A DNA stretch of 64,000 nucleotides from the IMG/VR virus record IMGVR_UViG_3300045988_183245. One strand, given 5' to 3'. The notes under the pieces are model-generated. The model saw only the letters and a list, made by a program, of their open reading frames with translations, made no database searches and was not told where the DNA came from. This DNA is from a virus. The translations under genes were made by a program, and so were the position numbers. This document shows positions 19,501 to 29,445 of the stretch, piece by piece (within the stretch, counting starts at the first letter, position 1; every line of letters begins with the position of its first letter).

Positions 19501-19515
19501 TTTTTTGGGTGAAAT

Positions 19516-20994
19516 ATGATTACAACAAAGAAGATTGACCCACGGCCATATCAGCAGAAAGCTGCTGCGGCGATTGTCAATAAATATGGGGAAATGCCGA
19601 TTGATACACTCAAGGGCGGTGAAATTGCTCTGTTGCCGGAACCTATCAAGATTCGAAGCATGATAAGCGGCAATATCGGGTTTAAGGCTCGCTTGTTTCG
19701 AGCCATCACGGCATGGGGAAACAAAAAGAATGGCCCTGTCACAAACACTCTTTTGTCCAACAACAAAGCAAACACCGAGTATTTCGGACGTCAGCAGGGC
19801 AACGCCATCCCCATCACAATGCAAGATGAACATAAGATTTACGAAGCGGCTACAGATTTGCTCGGCTCCAAACATCGGTTTCCGGTTCCGGCCACTTCAC
19901 AGTCTCTTTATTCAAAGAATCAAATTATCTGGTCGGATGATATGCCAACAAAGCTGGAAGACGCGGTCATTGACCTATGCTGTTGCCGCAGTGATAAAGC
20001 TAAAACTATCTCTCAGGCAAATGAATCAGGTTCTGAAACCACTATCAGAATCCTTGAAAAAACAAAACTCTATCAGGGACGAATCACGGTTCTTTCGGAC
20101 ATTGAAAAGAACTTAGTCGTCAACGTCTGGAATCTTGATATGAATGATAAGGGATGTTCTGCATCCAGCTTTACGCAGATGACGCTTGGCGAGCTGCTTG
20201 GAAACTTTGCCAAGCATTACACTGACATGGAAATTGACCGAAGCCAGACTTGCCGAGATGCGGATGGAACCAGCCGAGATTTTGCAAGAGCCATCAACAT
20301 CTACAACTCACTTTTCGCCAAAAACAGTGATGGAAGCACGAGTTCTTTCAACAACGCTCTTTGGAAACAACTGAGTATCAGCATTTATTCCGGAACAAAG
20401 TATCCGGAGCAAGTCCTTTCCCTGGCACTGCTTCGGTCCTGCCGTTTGCTTCAGCAAAATAAGAAAGGCAAAGAAAATCGCATCACGGCGTCTTTGGCCG
20501 GTATCACAAAAGCGTTCTTAATTCGCAATTACGGAGAGAATATGACGATGGGACTCAACCCAAACAACACCAGCCCTGCTTATATCACAGGACGAATCTT
20601 CGCACATATGGAAAGTGCGCAGAGAAAGATTGACCCCAACAACCAAACCACTTACGCTAAACGGTTCTTTGAGCGAGTTATGATGAACCCGGCAAAAACC
20701 ATGCCGGAGCTTCACAAGAGTTTCCTTCTTTTGAAGAACAAGGCTAAAGCGAATGGCATGAGAGGTCTTTATAATTCCTGCGACAAGAAAATTATGGCTC
20801 TTATCGATATGCTGGATGGCAACTATCCCGACCATCTATCCGAAAAGCAAAAAGGTGAATATCTCGTCGGATACTATCAGCAGCGAAGCGCAAACATCAA
20901 GGATGCCGAGGAGAAGAAAAACCGGAAAGCCACCAAAATTGAAACTAATAATACGGATACTGCGGCAACCGTTGCAACACAAAAGGAGAAGTAA
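19516..20994 (+). CDS. candidate CRISPR large subunit (Cas8-like), 492 aa; assignment is by position only
   Basis: Sits immediately upstream of cas7, separated by 3 nt, which is the position of cas8 in type I-B/I-C operons. I recognise no diagnostic motif in the sequence. Confidence 0.35.
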   Translation: MITTKKIDPRPYQQKAAAAIVNKYGEMPIDTLKGGEIALLPEPIKIRSMISGNIGFKARLFRAITAWGNKKNGPVTNTLLSNNKANTEYFGRQQGNAIPITMQDEHKIYEAATDLLGSKHRFPVPATSQSLYSKNQIIWSDDMPTKLEDAVIDLCCCRSDKAKTISQANESGSETTIRILEKTKLYQGRITVLSDIEKNLVVNVWNLDMNDKGCSASSFTQMTLGELLGNFAKHYTDMEIDRSQTCRDADGTSRDFARAINIYNSLFAKNSDGSTSSFNNALWKQLSISIYSGTKYPEQVLSLALLRSCRLLQQNKKGKENRITASLAGITKAFLIRNYGENMTMGLNPNNTSPAYITGRIFAHMESAQRKIDPNNQTTYAKRFFERVMMNPAKTMPELHKSFLLLKNKAKANGMRGLYNSCDKKIMALIDMLDGNYPDHLSEKQKGEYLVGYYQQRSANIKDAEEKKNRKATKIETNNTDTAATVATQKEK

Positions 20995-20996
20995 CA

Positions 20997-21959
20997 ATGT
21001 CTGAACTCGTTAAGAATCCTATCACCATTGTTCTAGCGTTTGATGCGCAGAACTGTAATCCCAATGGGGACCCCGACAACGACAACAACCCGCGTCAGTT
21101 TGAGGATGGAATCGGGTACATGTCGTCCGAAAGCATCAAATATAAGATTCGCAGCTACATCCGTGACAAGGTCTTGTTTGACGGTCTGGAAAAGAACAGC
21201 CATGCACTATATTGCAGCCCCGATACTTTTTCCATTGAGCGCAGCGTTAAAGAGTGCCTGGAGCCTATCATCGGCAAAAAAATCAAAGGCATCCCCGATG
21301 ACCAACAGCTGGAGGCTTATAAGGAGCTGTGCCGGTACTACTATGATACTCGCATGTTTGGGCTTGTGAATACGAGTTATTCCAACTGCAGCCTTCTCAG
21401 CCGCATCAAGGGTGCCTGCCAGGTATCTATGCCGATGTCCTATGACCCTATCGAAATCATCCCGATGACGATTACTCGCTGCTGCGTTGCTTCCGATGCT
21501 GAACGCAAAGGCGAAGATAAAGGCGCCAAGAAGGGCGTCAGTATCGACGAAAGCGACGATGGAGTCGAAAAGAAGACGAAAGACCGCATGATAGGCCGTC
21601 GAAGCATTATCAGATATGGGCTGTATCACATGAGCATTCAAATCAACAGTGCAATGGCACAGCGTAACGGTGTTACGATGGATGACGTTAATTTGTTGAT
21701 TGATGCGCTGCAGCATATGTTCGAGGAAGATATGAGCTCCAGCAGAGCCCTAACGCTGCGTAAGTTGATTGTCGTTGAGCACACCAAACCGATGGGAAAT
21801 GCTTATCGGGACACCATTGAGCGGGCACTGGCGGCTCGACTGAAGCAACCTAATGATGCACCTACATCTTATGAGGATTACGAGGTGACTTATCACCGCG
21901 AAATGCTGCCTGATGAGGTCAAGGTGACTGAGTATAATTATAACAGTCAAAGCGTTTGA
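20997..21959 (+). CDS. cas7: Cas7 backbone subunit, Csd2/Csh2/DevR family (type I-B/I-C-like)
   Basis: N-terminal signature IVLAFDAQNCNPNGDPDNDNNPRQFEDGIGY...KYKIRSYIRDKV matches the family pattern FD..N.NPNGDPD..N.PR...G.G......KRKIRNY. Length 320 aa. Confidence 0.7.
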   Translation: MSELVKNPITIVLAFDAQNCNPNGDPDNDNNPRQFEDGIGYMSSESIKYKIRSYIRDKVLFDGLEKNSHALYCSPDTFSIERSVKECLEPIIGKKIKGIPDDQQLEAYKELCRYYYDTRMFGLVNTSYSNCSLLSRIKGACQVSMPMSYDPIEIIPMTITRCCVASDAERKGEDKGAKKGVSIDESDDGVEKKTKDRMIGRRSIIRYGLYHMSIQINSAMAQRNGVTMDDVNLLIDALQHMFEEDMSSSRALTLRKLIVVEHTKPMGNAYRDTIERALAARLKQPNDAPTSYEDYEVTYHREMLPDEVKVTEYNYNSQSV

Positions 21960-22289
21960 CAAAAACTAATAATTGCTGGTCAACACAACTGTATAAGATT
22001 GAAAACACAATAGTCTGCCTCTTGTTAATACGTTGCAAGTGAGAACCTGCGGGACTACAAAAGTGATGCACTATGCCACATATGATTGAAACGATATTTT
22101 GCTATGGTGCGGAAATGCAGCGGCTGCAGGTAACACAACTGCCGTAAGAAAGGCTACAAAGCGGCCCATGAGGTCGCGTAAGATTATGCGCCCATCTGCA
22201 AACGCGGGTGGACGTTTTTTTTTGCCAAAAATAAAACGTGATAAAAACCTTGCACATCTGTGCGAATCAGATATAATAGCCCTAATAAG

Positions 22290-23695
22290 ATAAAAATTGT
22301 GCCCTGACGGCATCTGAATTGGATGCTGCCGGGGCATTTTGTTTGTTAAGGAGAATTTGGGGCTATTCAACTTTTTCCGGGGGTCTGAATAACTCATGAG
22401 CACAAAAGTCCATAAAGGAGGTGAGCCACTTTGAAAGTACATAAAGGCTATAAATTTCGGCTAGAGCCAACAGAAGAACAGAAAGTCAAAATCAATAAAA
22501 CGCTCGGCTGCTGCCGTTTTGTATATAACTCTATGCTAGATAGGCGTATAAAAGCTTATCAACGGCGCGGTGAAAGTATGAGCTATATTGATACACAAAA
22601 TCTGCTTCCTCAGATGAAAACTTATCTTCCTTGGCTTGCTGAAGTAGATAGTCAAGCACTCAAATATAGCTGTCGTCAGTTAAATAATGCCTATAAAGGC
22701 TTTTTCGAAGACGGTAAAGGGTTCCCCCAATTCAAACGAAAACGGGGAGAAGAAAGCTATACAACTACAAAAGCAAAAAGCATTAAAGTTGACGATAAGT
22801 ACATTCAGCTTCCGACACTTGGGAAGATGCGTTATCGTAAGAGTCGCAACATTGAGGGACGCATCTGTAAGGCAACAATCCGTCGCTCAGCAAGCGGCAA
22901 ATACTATGTAAGTATTCTTTGCGAAGTAGAAGTAATGCCGCTTCCGGTTAAAGATACCGTCATCGGTTTAGATGTTGGCATCAAATCTTTTGCTGTTGAC
23001 AGCAATGGAAAAGAATATCCAAACAATAAATATCTTCAGAAAGCGGAAGCTAAACTAAAGCGTGAGCAGAAAAAGCTGTCACGCAAAAAGAAAGGTTCTG
23101 CCAACTGGGAGAAGCAACGTATCAAGGTAGCTTGCTGCCACGAAAAAGTGACCAATAAGCGAAAAGATGCCCTACACAAGTTGTCATCTACACTGGTGAA
23201 AGAAAACCAAATCATCTGTGTAGAAGACCTCAATGTAAATGGTATGGTTCGCAATCATAACCTTGCTAAAAGTATTTCCGATGTTTCTTGGGGAGAGTTC
23301 TTCCGACAACTTGATTATAAATCCAGTTGGGCAGGAAGAGTAGTTGTAAAAATACCAACCTTCTATCCAAGCAGCCAGACCTGCTCTTGCTGCGGCTACC
23401 AAAACAAAGAGGTAAAAAACCTCAATGTTCGGCATTGGGTCTGTCCGAAATGTAACACATCACACGATAGGGATAAAAATGCAGCAGAAAACATTCTAAA
23501 GAAAGGAATGGACATGCTGGCTACGCCAGCCGCCTCATAACCACAGGCGAACAGTACGGTCAGGACGACCGAATCTTAAAGTCTGTGGAGAGCGAGCCTC
23601 TATCAAGAGCTGCGGCTTGCGGTAAGCTCGCTCTATGAAGCAGAAATCCATACTGAGTAACGGGGCAATCCGTGAAAAGTTGGAAGTCCGAATTT
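22290..23695 (+). mobile_element. IS200/IS605-family tnpB-only element (IS1341-like) inserted between cas7 and the helicase gene
   Basis: An imperfect LE-type hairpin gacggcatc-tgaattg-gatgctgcc lies at about 22300-22335. An intact tnpB follows, then a structured 3' non-coding region (candidate omega-RNA) at 23541-23690. Confidence 0.6.
22431..23540 (+). CDS. tnpB: TnpB (IS605 OrfB family, RuvC-like nuclease with zinc finger)
   Basis: GLDVGIK (RuvC-I), ICVEDLN (RuvC-II), CSCCGY...CPKCN zinc finger, and [10 protein letters not shown] (RuvC-III). Confidence 0.85.
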   Translation: MKVHKGYKFRLEPTEEQKVKINKTLGCCRFVYNSMLDRRIKAYQRRGESMSYIDTQNLLPQMKTYLPWLAEVDSQALKYSCRQLNNAYKGFFEDGKGFPQFKRKRGEESYTTTKAKSIKVDDKYIQLPTLGKMRYRKSRNIEGRICKATIRRSASGKYYVSILCEVEVMPLPVKDTVIGLDVGIKSFAVDSNGKEYPNNKYLQKAEAKLKREQKKLSRKKKGSANWEKQRIKVACCHEKVTNKRKDALHKLSSTLVKENQIICVEDLNVNGMVRNHNLAKSISDVSWGEFFRQLDYKSSWAGRVVVKIPTFYPSSQTCSCCGYQNKEVKNLNVRHWVCPKCNTSHDRDKNAAENILKKGMDMLATPAAS

Positions 23696-26420
23696 GGCTA
23701 TGACACTGAACAACTTGTCAAGCGAACAACAGAAATTCGTACATTTGGCATTGTCGGGCAAAAACGTATTGTGTGACGCCTGCATCGGCAGCGGAAAAAC
23801 ATCAACTATCAACGTACTCTGCGATGCATATCCGCCGGAACGGCGTATTTTGTACTTGACCTACAACCGATTACTCAAACTTGATGCCAAAGACAAAATC
23901 AAGAATGGCAATGTCCTGGTTCAGAACTATCATGGATTTGCAAGCCTGCTGCTGAACAAAAAGGGAATCCGGAATTGCGGACAAGGCGAACAGCTTGCCA
24001 TGGTATTGGAAAAGAAAATTCCGATTCCGCCGATTGATACTCTTATCATTGACGAGTATCAGGATATCAATGACGAGATTGCAGAACTGCTCAAATATAT
24101 CCGCTCTCAGAATCCCGGTCTACAAATCGTCGCTGTGGGCGATATGAAGCAGAAAATCTACGATGATACAGCGTTGGATGTCTGGACATTCATGCAGGAT
24201 TTCCTCGGCCGCCATGAACAAGTGATTTTCACAAAGTGTTTCCGTATTTCCCATGACTTGGCAGAACGGCTTGGCAATATCTGGGGTAAGACCATCAACG
24301 GCGTAAATAGCTCCTGTATCGTGGAACAGATGTCGGTCGATGAAGTGACAGAGTTCCTGAATAAGCAGAACCCCAAAAATGTCCTTTGCCTGGGTGCTCG
24401 AATTGGAGCCATGACGAAGGTGCTCAACGACTTGGAGAATCGACCGGGGAACCTCTATGACAAGCATCATGTCTATGCAAGTATCGCAGACAATGATGGG
24501 AATAAGGCAGTAGCACCCTCCTCGGATGTTGGTATCTTTACGACTTTTGACGGCAGCAAAGGTATGGAGCGGCCTATCTGCGTTGTGTTTGATTTCACGG
24601 AAGAATACTGGTCGTCTCGCACAAGCAAACCGATGGCACGATATGAGATTCTTCGGAATCTGTTTTGTGTCGCAGCAAGCCGAGGAAAGCAGCGAATCAT
24701 TTTCGTAAACTCAGACCATCCGTTGAGCGATAAATCTCTGATGACCCCAACTGAAACTCTTCGCGGATTTCCGCATCCGTTCGCATTTTCTGAGATGTTT
24801 GACCATAAATTCATCGAGGATGTAGATGCCTGCTATAAGCTGTTGGAAGTCACACCGATTGAACGTAATGATACCACGACCATTGATATCCAGACGGCAG
24901 ATGCAATGATTGATTTGTCTCCCTGCATCAGCATCTACATGCAGGCAGGATTCTTTAATTCCTACGATATAGATGACGTACTTGCGTATTACATGGACCT
25001 GCATAAAGACATGCAGTATTTGAAAATCAAGAAGGGCGCAACGGTCGAGGATAAGGTTCTACTACTCACAGCACTCGAAACGAATCAGTGCAGGTATGTA
25101 AAACAGGTCAAGCCTCCTTTTGTGAACGCAAAAGCCAAAATGTCGCTCAGTATGCGGCTTGGAACCGTGTTCACTCCCGATGAATATGTTCAGGCACGCG
25201 GCGATATCGACATTCATACTAAGGACCATAAAGTGATTTATACCTCGGGCCTTGCGGATGTCGTAAAGAATAATACCGTCTACTGCATCAAGTTCATCAG
25301 CAGCCTGGCACATAAGCATTTTCTGCAGTGTGCGTGTTCCATGATAGCATTGGGGCTGCCATATGGCGTTGTATGGAACGTCAAAAGTAACCTGATGTAC
25401 AGCGTGAAAATCAAGGATATAGACGCTCTGATTGACGCAATTACCAAGTGCATTACGAAACGGGTTTATGATAGCGCAGATGACTACACCTGCAGGAAAG
25501 GTTTTGTACAGGATACTGCGTCGATTATCGACCGATGGACTGACGACGGATATGCGGAAGAGGCCACCACTATCACTTCCGGCGACGGTATTGCCATCAT
25601 CAAGCAAGGAAGCCGCTATTTTGTGATGGACGGAGCACGTCGAAACACCCTGAACGATAATTTTGGGCTTGGTTTTGCCGATGTAAAAGATGCTTGCCTT
25701 GCTTATGCAAAGAGTTGTGAACTCCAGAAAATCGTGGACCATGATTCTCCTTATTCCGAAGTCGAATTCTGGCTCGACCAGAACAAGGCGTTTGAGGAAT
25801 ACATGACGCAGGTAAGCCATGAAATCGAACAGCACAAGGAAGGACCGTATGCAAAATACAAGTCTTTCGCCGCTCCCGCTGTCCGAAAGATGCTGGCTGA
25901 AAAGGGACTGACCATCACGTTCCCGGAAAAAGTCCTCATCAAGGTTTGGAAGATGCGCCGTGTCGAAGATGCCATGTATCAGAAAATCGAAGAAGCAAAG
26001 AAGCAGAACAGCCCCAACGTACCTCTTGATGAGGCGTTCTTTGACTCTGAACTGGTGGATTCCGTTGAGGGAAGCATCGAAAGCGCCAAGGCAAAATCCA
26101 AGCCCAAAAAGGAATCCGCATTACCGTTTTCCAAGTACGGCGCAGATGAGAAGAAGAGCTATCGTGTCGTGAAAAGCGATGAACTCTCAAAGCCCAACCA
26201 GCCCCGTTATGTTGTGGTCGAGGCCGCAACTGATAAGGTCTTGGACAACGCTAACGGATACGGATACCTCTCCTATCAGGCTGCCTGGAAAGGGTATTCG
26301 TACAAGAGCAAGCATCATCTGGATGGGGCAAAGAAGCCTATGAGCAAGAGCGCAAAAGAACGGGCTAAGAAAAAGGCAGCTTTCTTCTCGACCGATTCGG
26401 AACAGCTCAGTTTCGGCTGA
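23694..26420 (+). CDS. UvrD/Rep-like SF1 helicase N-terminal core with a roughly 550-aa C-terminal extension of unknown function
   Basis: Walker A DACIGSGKTST, motif II DEYQDIN, and an N-terminal FVHLA...G.N arrangement typical of UvrD. The C-terminal half is unassigned; GDIDIH...VYCIKF is only a weak nuclease-like pattern. Confidence 0.6.
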   Translation: MAMTLNNLSSEQQKFVHLALSGKNVLCDACIGSGKTSTINVLCDAYPPERRILYLTYNRLLKLDAKDKIKNGNVLVQNYHGFASLLLNKKGIRNCGQGEQLAMVLEKKIPIPPIDTLIIDEYQDINDEIAELLKYIRSQNPGLQIVAVGDMKQKIYDDTALDVWTFMQDFLGRHEQVIFTKCFRISHDLAERLGNIWGKTINGVNSSCIVEQMSVDEVTEFLNKQNPKNVLCLGARIGAMTKVLNDLENRPGNLYDKHHVYASIADNDGNKAVAPSSDVGIFTTFDGSKGMERPICVVFDFTEEYWSSRTSKPMARYEILRNLFCVAASRGKQRIIFVNSDHPLSDKSLMTPTETLRGFPHPFAFSEMFDHKFIEDVDACYKLLEVTPIERNDTTTIDIQTADAMIDLSPCISIYMQAGFFNSYDIDDVLAYYMDLHKDMQYLKIKKGATVEDKVLLLTALETNQCRYVKQVKPPFVNAKAKMSLSMRLGTVFTPDEYVQARGDIDIHTKDHKVIYTSGLADVVKNNTVYCIKFISSLAHKHFLQCACSMIALGLPYGVVWNVKSNLMYSVKIKDIDALIDAITKCITKRVYDSADDYTCRKGFVQDTASIIDRWTDDGYAEEATTITSGDGIAIIKQGSRYFVMDGARRNTLNDNFGLGFADVKDACLAYAKSCELQKIVDHDSPYSEVEFWLDQNKAFEEYMTQVSHEIEQHKEGPYAKYKSFAAPAVRKMLAEKGLTITFPEKVLIKVWKMRRVEDAMYQKIEEAKKQNSPNVPLDEAFFDSELVDSVEGSIESAKAKSKPKKESALPFSKYGADEKKSYRVVKSDELSKPNQPRYVVVEAATDKVLDNANGYGYLSYQAAWKGYSYKSKHHLDGAKKPMSKSAKERAKKKAAFFSTDSEQLSFG

Positions 26421-26638
26421 TTCAGACGACAGAGCTAGGACTCATAACCTCAGCGGCAGGGATACCTTATCGCCGCTGGTGAGAGGAGGTGTTATGCACA
26501 GACTCAGAACGCTGCGCATTGTTTCGATGCAGCTACGCCAACTCGACCAACACGAATATAATCACAAATCAGGGAATTTTTCTGAATATCAATAACAAAT
26601 ATCAAACACACGCCTACTTGGGCAGAAAGGAATCACAA

Positions 26639-27505
26639 ATGGGACGCTATAATTTCAATCAGAGAACGCGGGATGGCTACGAAATCTCGCCCGAACAGGC
26701 AGCAAAATGGCTTGAGAGGAACGATAACAATCGGAACGTGAACGTCGCCAAAGTCAAAAAGATGGCGAAGGACATGAGAGAAGGACATTGGGATACTACG
26801 CATCAGGGTATTGCCATCGCCTCCGATGGCACGCTGGTTGACGGACAGCATCGGCTGCTCGCTATCGTCGAGTCCGGTGTGACCGTGCGTATGAACGTGA
26901 CCTTTAATGCCGCCAAGTCTCAGCACATCGATTCCGGAAACATCCGCTCCATGGCGAACCGTGTGCAGATGTCCGAGTACGATATGAGCTGGACGAACAA
27001 TACGATTCTCTCCGCAGCAAACCTCATCGGCCGCGTGTTCGCAGGCTCGAACCTCAGTCACGAGGAAGCTTTGAGCGAATGGCTGATGAAATACCGCACG
27101 CAAATCGAATCCGCCACCAAGTGCATCAAGAAGGCTACGCTGCCGGGACTCAATTCCGCAGGTACAACAGCGGCCATCATTGTGGCTGCCATGAACGATG
27201 TTCCCGCTATTTATATCGAGAAGTTCATGGACGTGTTCTATTCGGGGTTCACCAACAATGAAGCCGAACATTATGCTATCGCGCTGCGGGACGAACTGCT
27301 GCGCGAAAACCGTGTCAAGCGCGGCACACAGTATGCAAGGTTTGCCTTTTTCCGTACTGCAAACCGACTGAACCAGTATTATAAGACTGCCACCGGGCAG
27401 CGCGTTGCTAAGCGCGTCAATAACGGTGACTTCCCATACAATGTCTACGATGCCAACGGCGGTATCGTAAAGCCCGAAACCAAGAAGACCAAGAAAGCTG
27501 GGTAA
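26639..27505 (+). CDS. ParB/Srx-like nuclease domain protein
   Basis: VDGQHRLLAI motif (the DGxHR signature of the ParB N-terminal / sulfiredoxin fold); RBS gaaagga upstream of the internal ATG. Confidence 0.55.
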   Translation: MGRYNFNQRTRDGYEISPEQAAKWLERNDNNRNVNVAKVKKMAKDMREGHWDTTHQGIAIASDGTLVDGQHRLLAIVESGVTVRMNVTFNAAKSQHIDSGNIRSMANRVQMSEYDMSWTNNTILSAANLIGRVFAGSNLSHEEALSEWLMKYRTQIESATKCIKKATLPGLNSAGTTAAIIVAAMNDVPAIYIEKFMDVFYSGFTNNEAEHYAIALRDELLRENRVKRGTQYARFAFFRTANRLNQYYKTATGQRVAKRVNNGDFPYNVYDANGGIVKPETKKTKKAG

Positions 27506-27613
27506 TGCCATCAACTTGAGTCTTTGTGGCTGTATGGATGTTGCAAAACTAAGATATAGCCCCAAAAATTCCGTTAAATCGCATAAAAGATTGTTGCAAG
27601 GAGGACGAAAACT

Positions 27614-27889
27614 ATGAATGAATTCAAAGCAAGGAGCACGCTGGGAAGCGAGGCTGTCCCGGTTTTCGACGATGACGGTGAGCTCACGGAATGGCTGCAC
27701 CGGGACAACTATACTGTCGAGGAATTGGAACTGATGAACTTTGTCGGCGATGAAAAGCCCGTCATCAAAAAGGACGGCGTGAAAATCATCCGGGATGGCA
27801 CGGTCATTCGGAGGACCAACACTGAAACAAGAAAAACTGAATTTCTATTCATCCCGCGCATTGTCACCAGCGAACAGAAAACGGTGTGA
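27614..27889 (+). CDS. hypothetical protein (91 aa)
   Basis: RBS aaggagga upstream. Confidence 0.45.
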   Translation: MNEFKARSTLGSEAVPVFDDDGELTEWLHRDNYTVEELELMNFVGDEKPVIKKDGVKIIRDGTVIRRTNTETRKTEFLFIPRIVTSEQKTV

Positions 27890-28179
27890 GGTGCAACGTG
27901 TTAAAAATTTATGGGTCCAGTGACGACCTTGTCTGCCTGGATAATTCCAACTATGGGGTCGATGAAATTGGTTGCTTCGATGTCAAGGGAGTCCGGCTGT
28001 TCTTGGATGATGACACGATTTTGGTAGTGCGCTATACGAACGGTATCTGGCGCATTGAAATTGAACGCAAGGGCACGGCACCATATCAGCATGAGGTCTG
28101 TGCGGGCAATGATGAGGCCGATTACAGCGATATCTTTTGTACGGAATCCGACGTTATTGCGCACGAAATCATTCGATGA
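27886..28179 (+). CDS. hypothetical protein (97 aa)
   Basis: ORF overlapping the stop of the previous gene by 4 nt. Confidence 0.4.
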   Translation: MRCNVLKIYGSSDDLVCLDNSNYGVDEIGCFDVKGVRLFLDDDTILVVRYTNGIWRIEIERKGTAPYQHEVCAGNDEADYSDIFCTESDVIAHEIIR

Positions 28180-28193
28180 GGATTGGAGTAGCC

Positions 28194-28859
28194 ATGGCAA
28201 AAACTCTTCTGACTCAAAAAATCGAATCAGCGCTAAAGGTTTGGCATCCTACCAGCTATGGTGGATACCGGGTTGATTCGTTCCGTCAAGGCTTCGACGC
28301 TCTGGAAGTACCTGTCGAGTGTGGCTCGATAAAATCCGGCCTTGTTGACTTCGTTCGGGTTCAAGAGTGCTTCACATCAGAAACAAAATGTGGGACCTGC
28401 AAACTCTCAATGTACAGGGATGAGGACAGAGACTTAGTTATGCCGTCCGTCCGGCAGTGGACGCAGGAAGTATCATGCCCTAAAGATATCGCCAACTGGA
28501 GTTTTCGTAATGAACCGTGTACGGAACGGTTCTGCAGGCTATATAAGACGAAACATACATACACCATCGACACCGTCATCACCTGCGTGGAAATTAAGGT
28601 TTCCGTGAGTGACTTTCACTCTGACCATGGCCACAACTTTGTGGGGCACTGTAACTACTATGCGATGCCGTTAGCGCTATACAAGAAGGTCAAAGATGAG
28701 ATTCCTGATGGTATAGGAGTTCTGCTATATTACAACGGCGAAAATACCTGCGGGATTCGCAAGAAAATCGAATGCAAGCCCCGCCAACTCTCGGAGAAAA
28801 CCCAGAAATGGCTCATCATGTCAGTTGCTAAGCGACTGACAAAAATGAGCAAAGCATAA
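28194..28859 (+). CDS. Cys-rich PD-(D/E)xK-type nuclease-like protein
   Basis: IDTVITCVEIKVS matches D...(h)EhK, and there are two Cys pairs (CGTCK, C...CTERFC). RBS gaggattggag. Confidence 0.45.
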   Translation: MAKTLLTQKIESALKVWHPTSYGGYRVDSFRQGFDALEVPVECGSIKSGLVDFVRVQECFTSETKCGTCKLSMYRDEDRDLVMPSVRQWTQEVSCPKDIANWSFRNEPCTERFCRLYKTKHTYTIDTVITCVEIKVSVSDFHSDHGHNFVGHCNYYAMPLALYKKVKDEIPDGIGVLLYYNGENTCGIRKKIECKPRQLSEKTQKWLIMSVAKRLTKMSKA

Positions 28860-29385
28860 ACAATGAGAGATATTAAGAATTGGGATATATCGGCCGTGAC
28901 AAGTCGGTATAAAATGTTTTATAATTGCCCTTGCGGTGACATTTTTGCATCCGCAGCATAAAGGAGAACGAAATGAAAAGGCTTTTGAAAATTATCATTT
29001 TTGCCATCCTGGCCGGACTTAGTATTTTCTGGTATACAGAAAGCCGGAAGCGCCAGGCCATGATTCCGCTCGAATTTCGAGGCGAGTGAAATGCGAAAAG
29101 ACATCAAAATTGTGCTGGAAAGCATCTGGTATCTAATTCTGCCGGTGTTTATTTTTGTACTTAACATTAGATATTGGCATGGGTATCTAGCGAATCCTGG
29201 CTGGTCCTTGACCCATCCGTCATATGTTGTTCTTGGATTTGTCTTGAGCGCTGCGTTGTGCTTTGAGATTGTATATATCGACATCAAGTTTGGGGAAAAA
29301 TAGCGCTTGCCAAAATATACGAACGCCGTACAATGTAAAGTGTGAACAGATACTAAGCAATCAGTAGGATTCACAATCTGTATTT

Positions 29386-29424
29386 TAAGCGGACTTATCC
29401 CATAGCGGGGTAGGTCCGCTTTTT
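29386..29424 (+). terminator. rho-independent terminator
   Basis: gcggac...gtccgc followed by a T7 run. Confidence 0.5.
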
Positions 29425-29445
29425 TTGTTGAAAGGAGAAGAATTC

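Noticed and set aside
21960-22430. Possible CRISPR repeat fragment (…atgattgaaac) and small minus ORF 22071-22442 downstream of cas7
   Set aside because: Only a single ATTGAAAC-like 3' handle match, with no stem and no second repeat copy. The region is better explained as the left end of the tnpB IS plus a promoter-motif copy.
26633-27700. 355-aa minus-strand ORF
   Set aside because: Antisense to the ParB-like gene, which carries a recognisable DGQHR motif.
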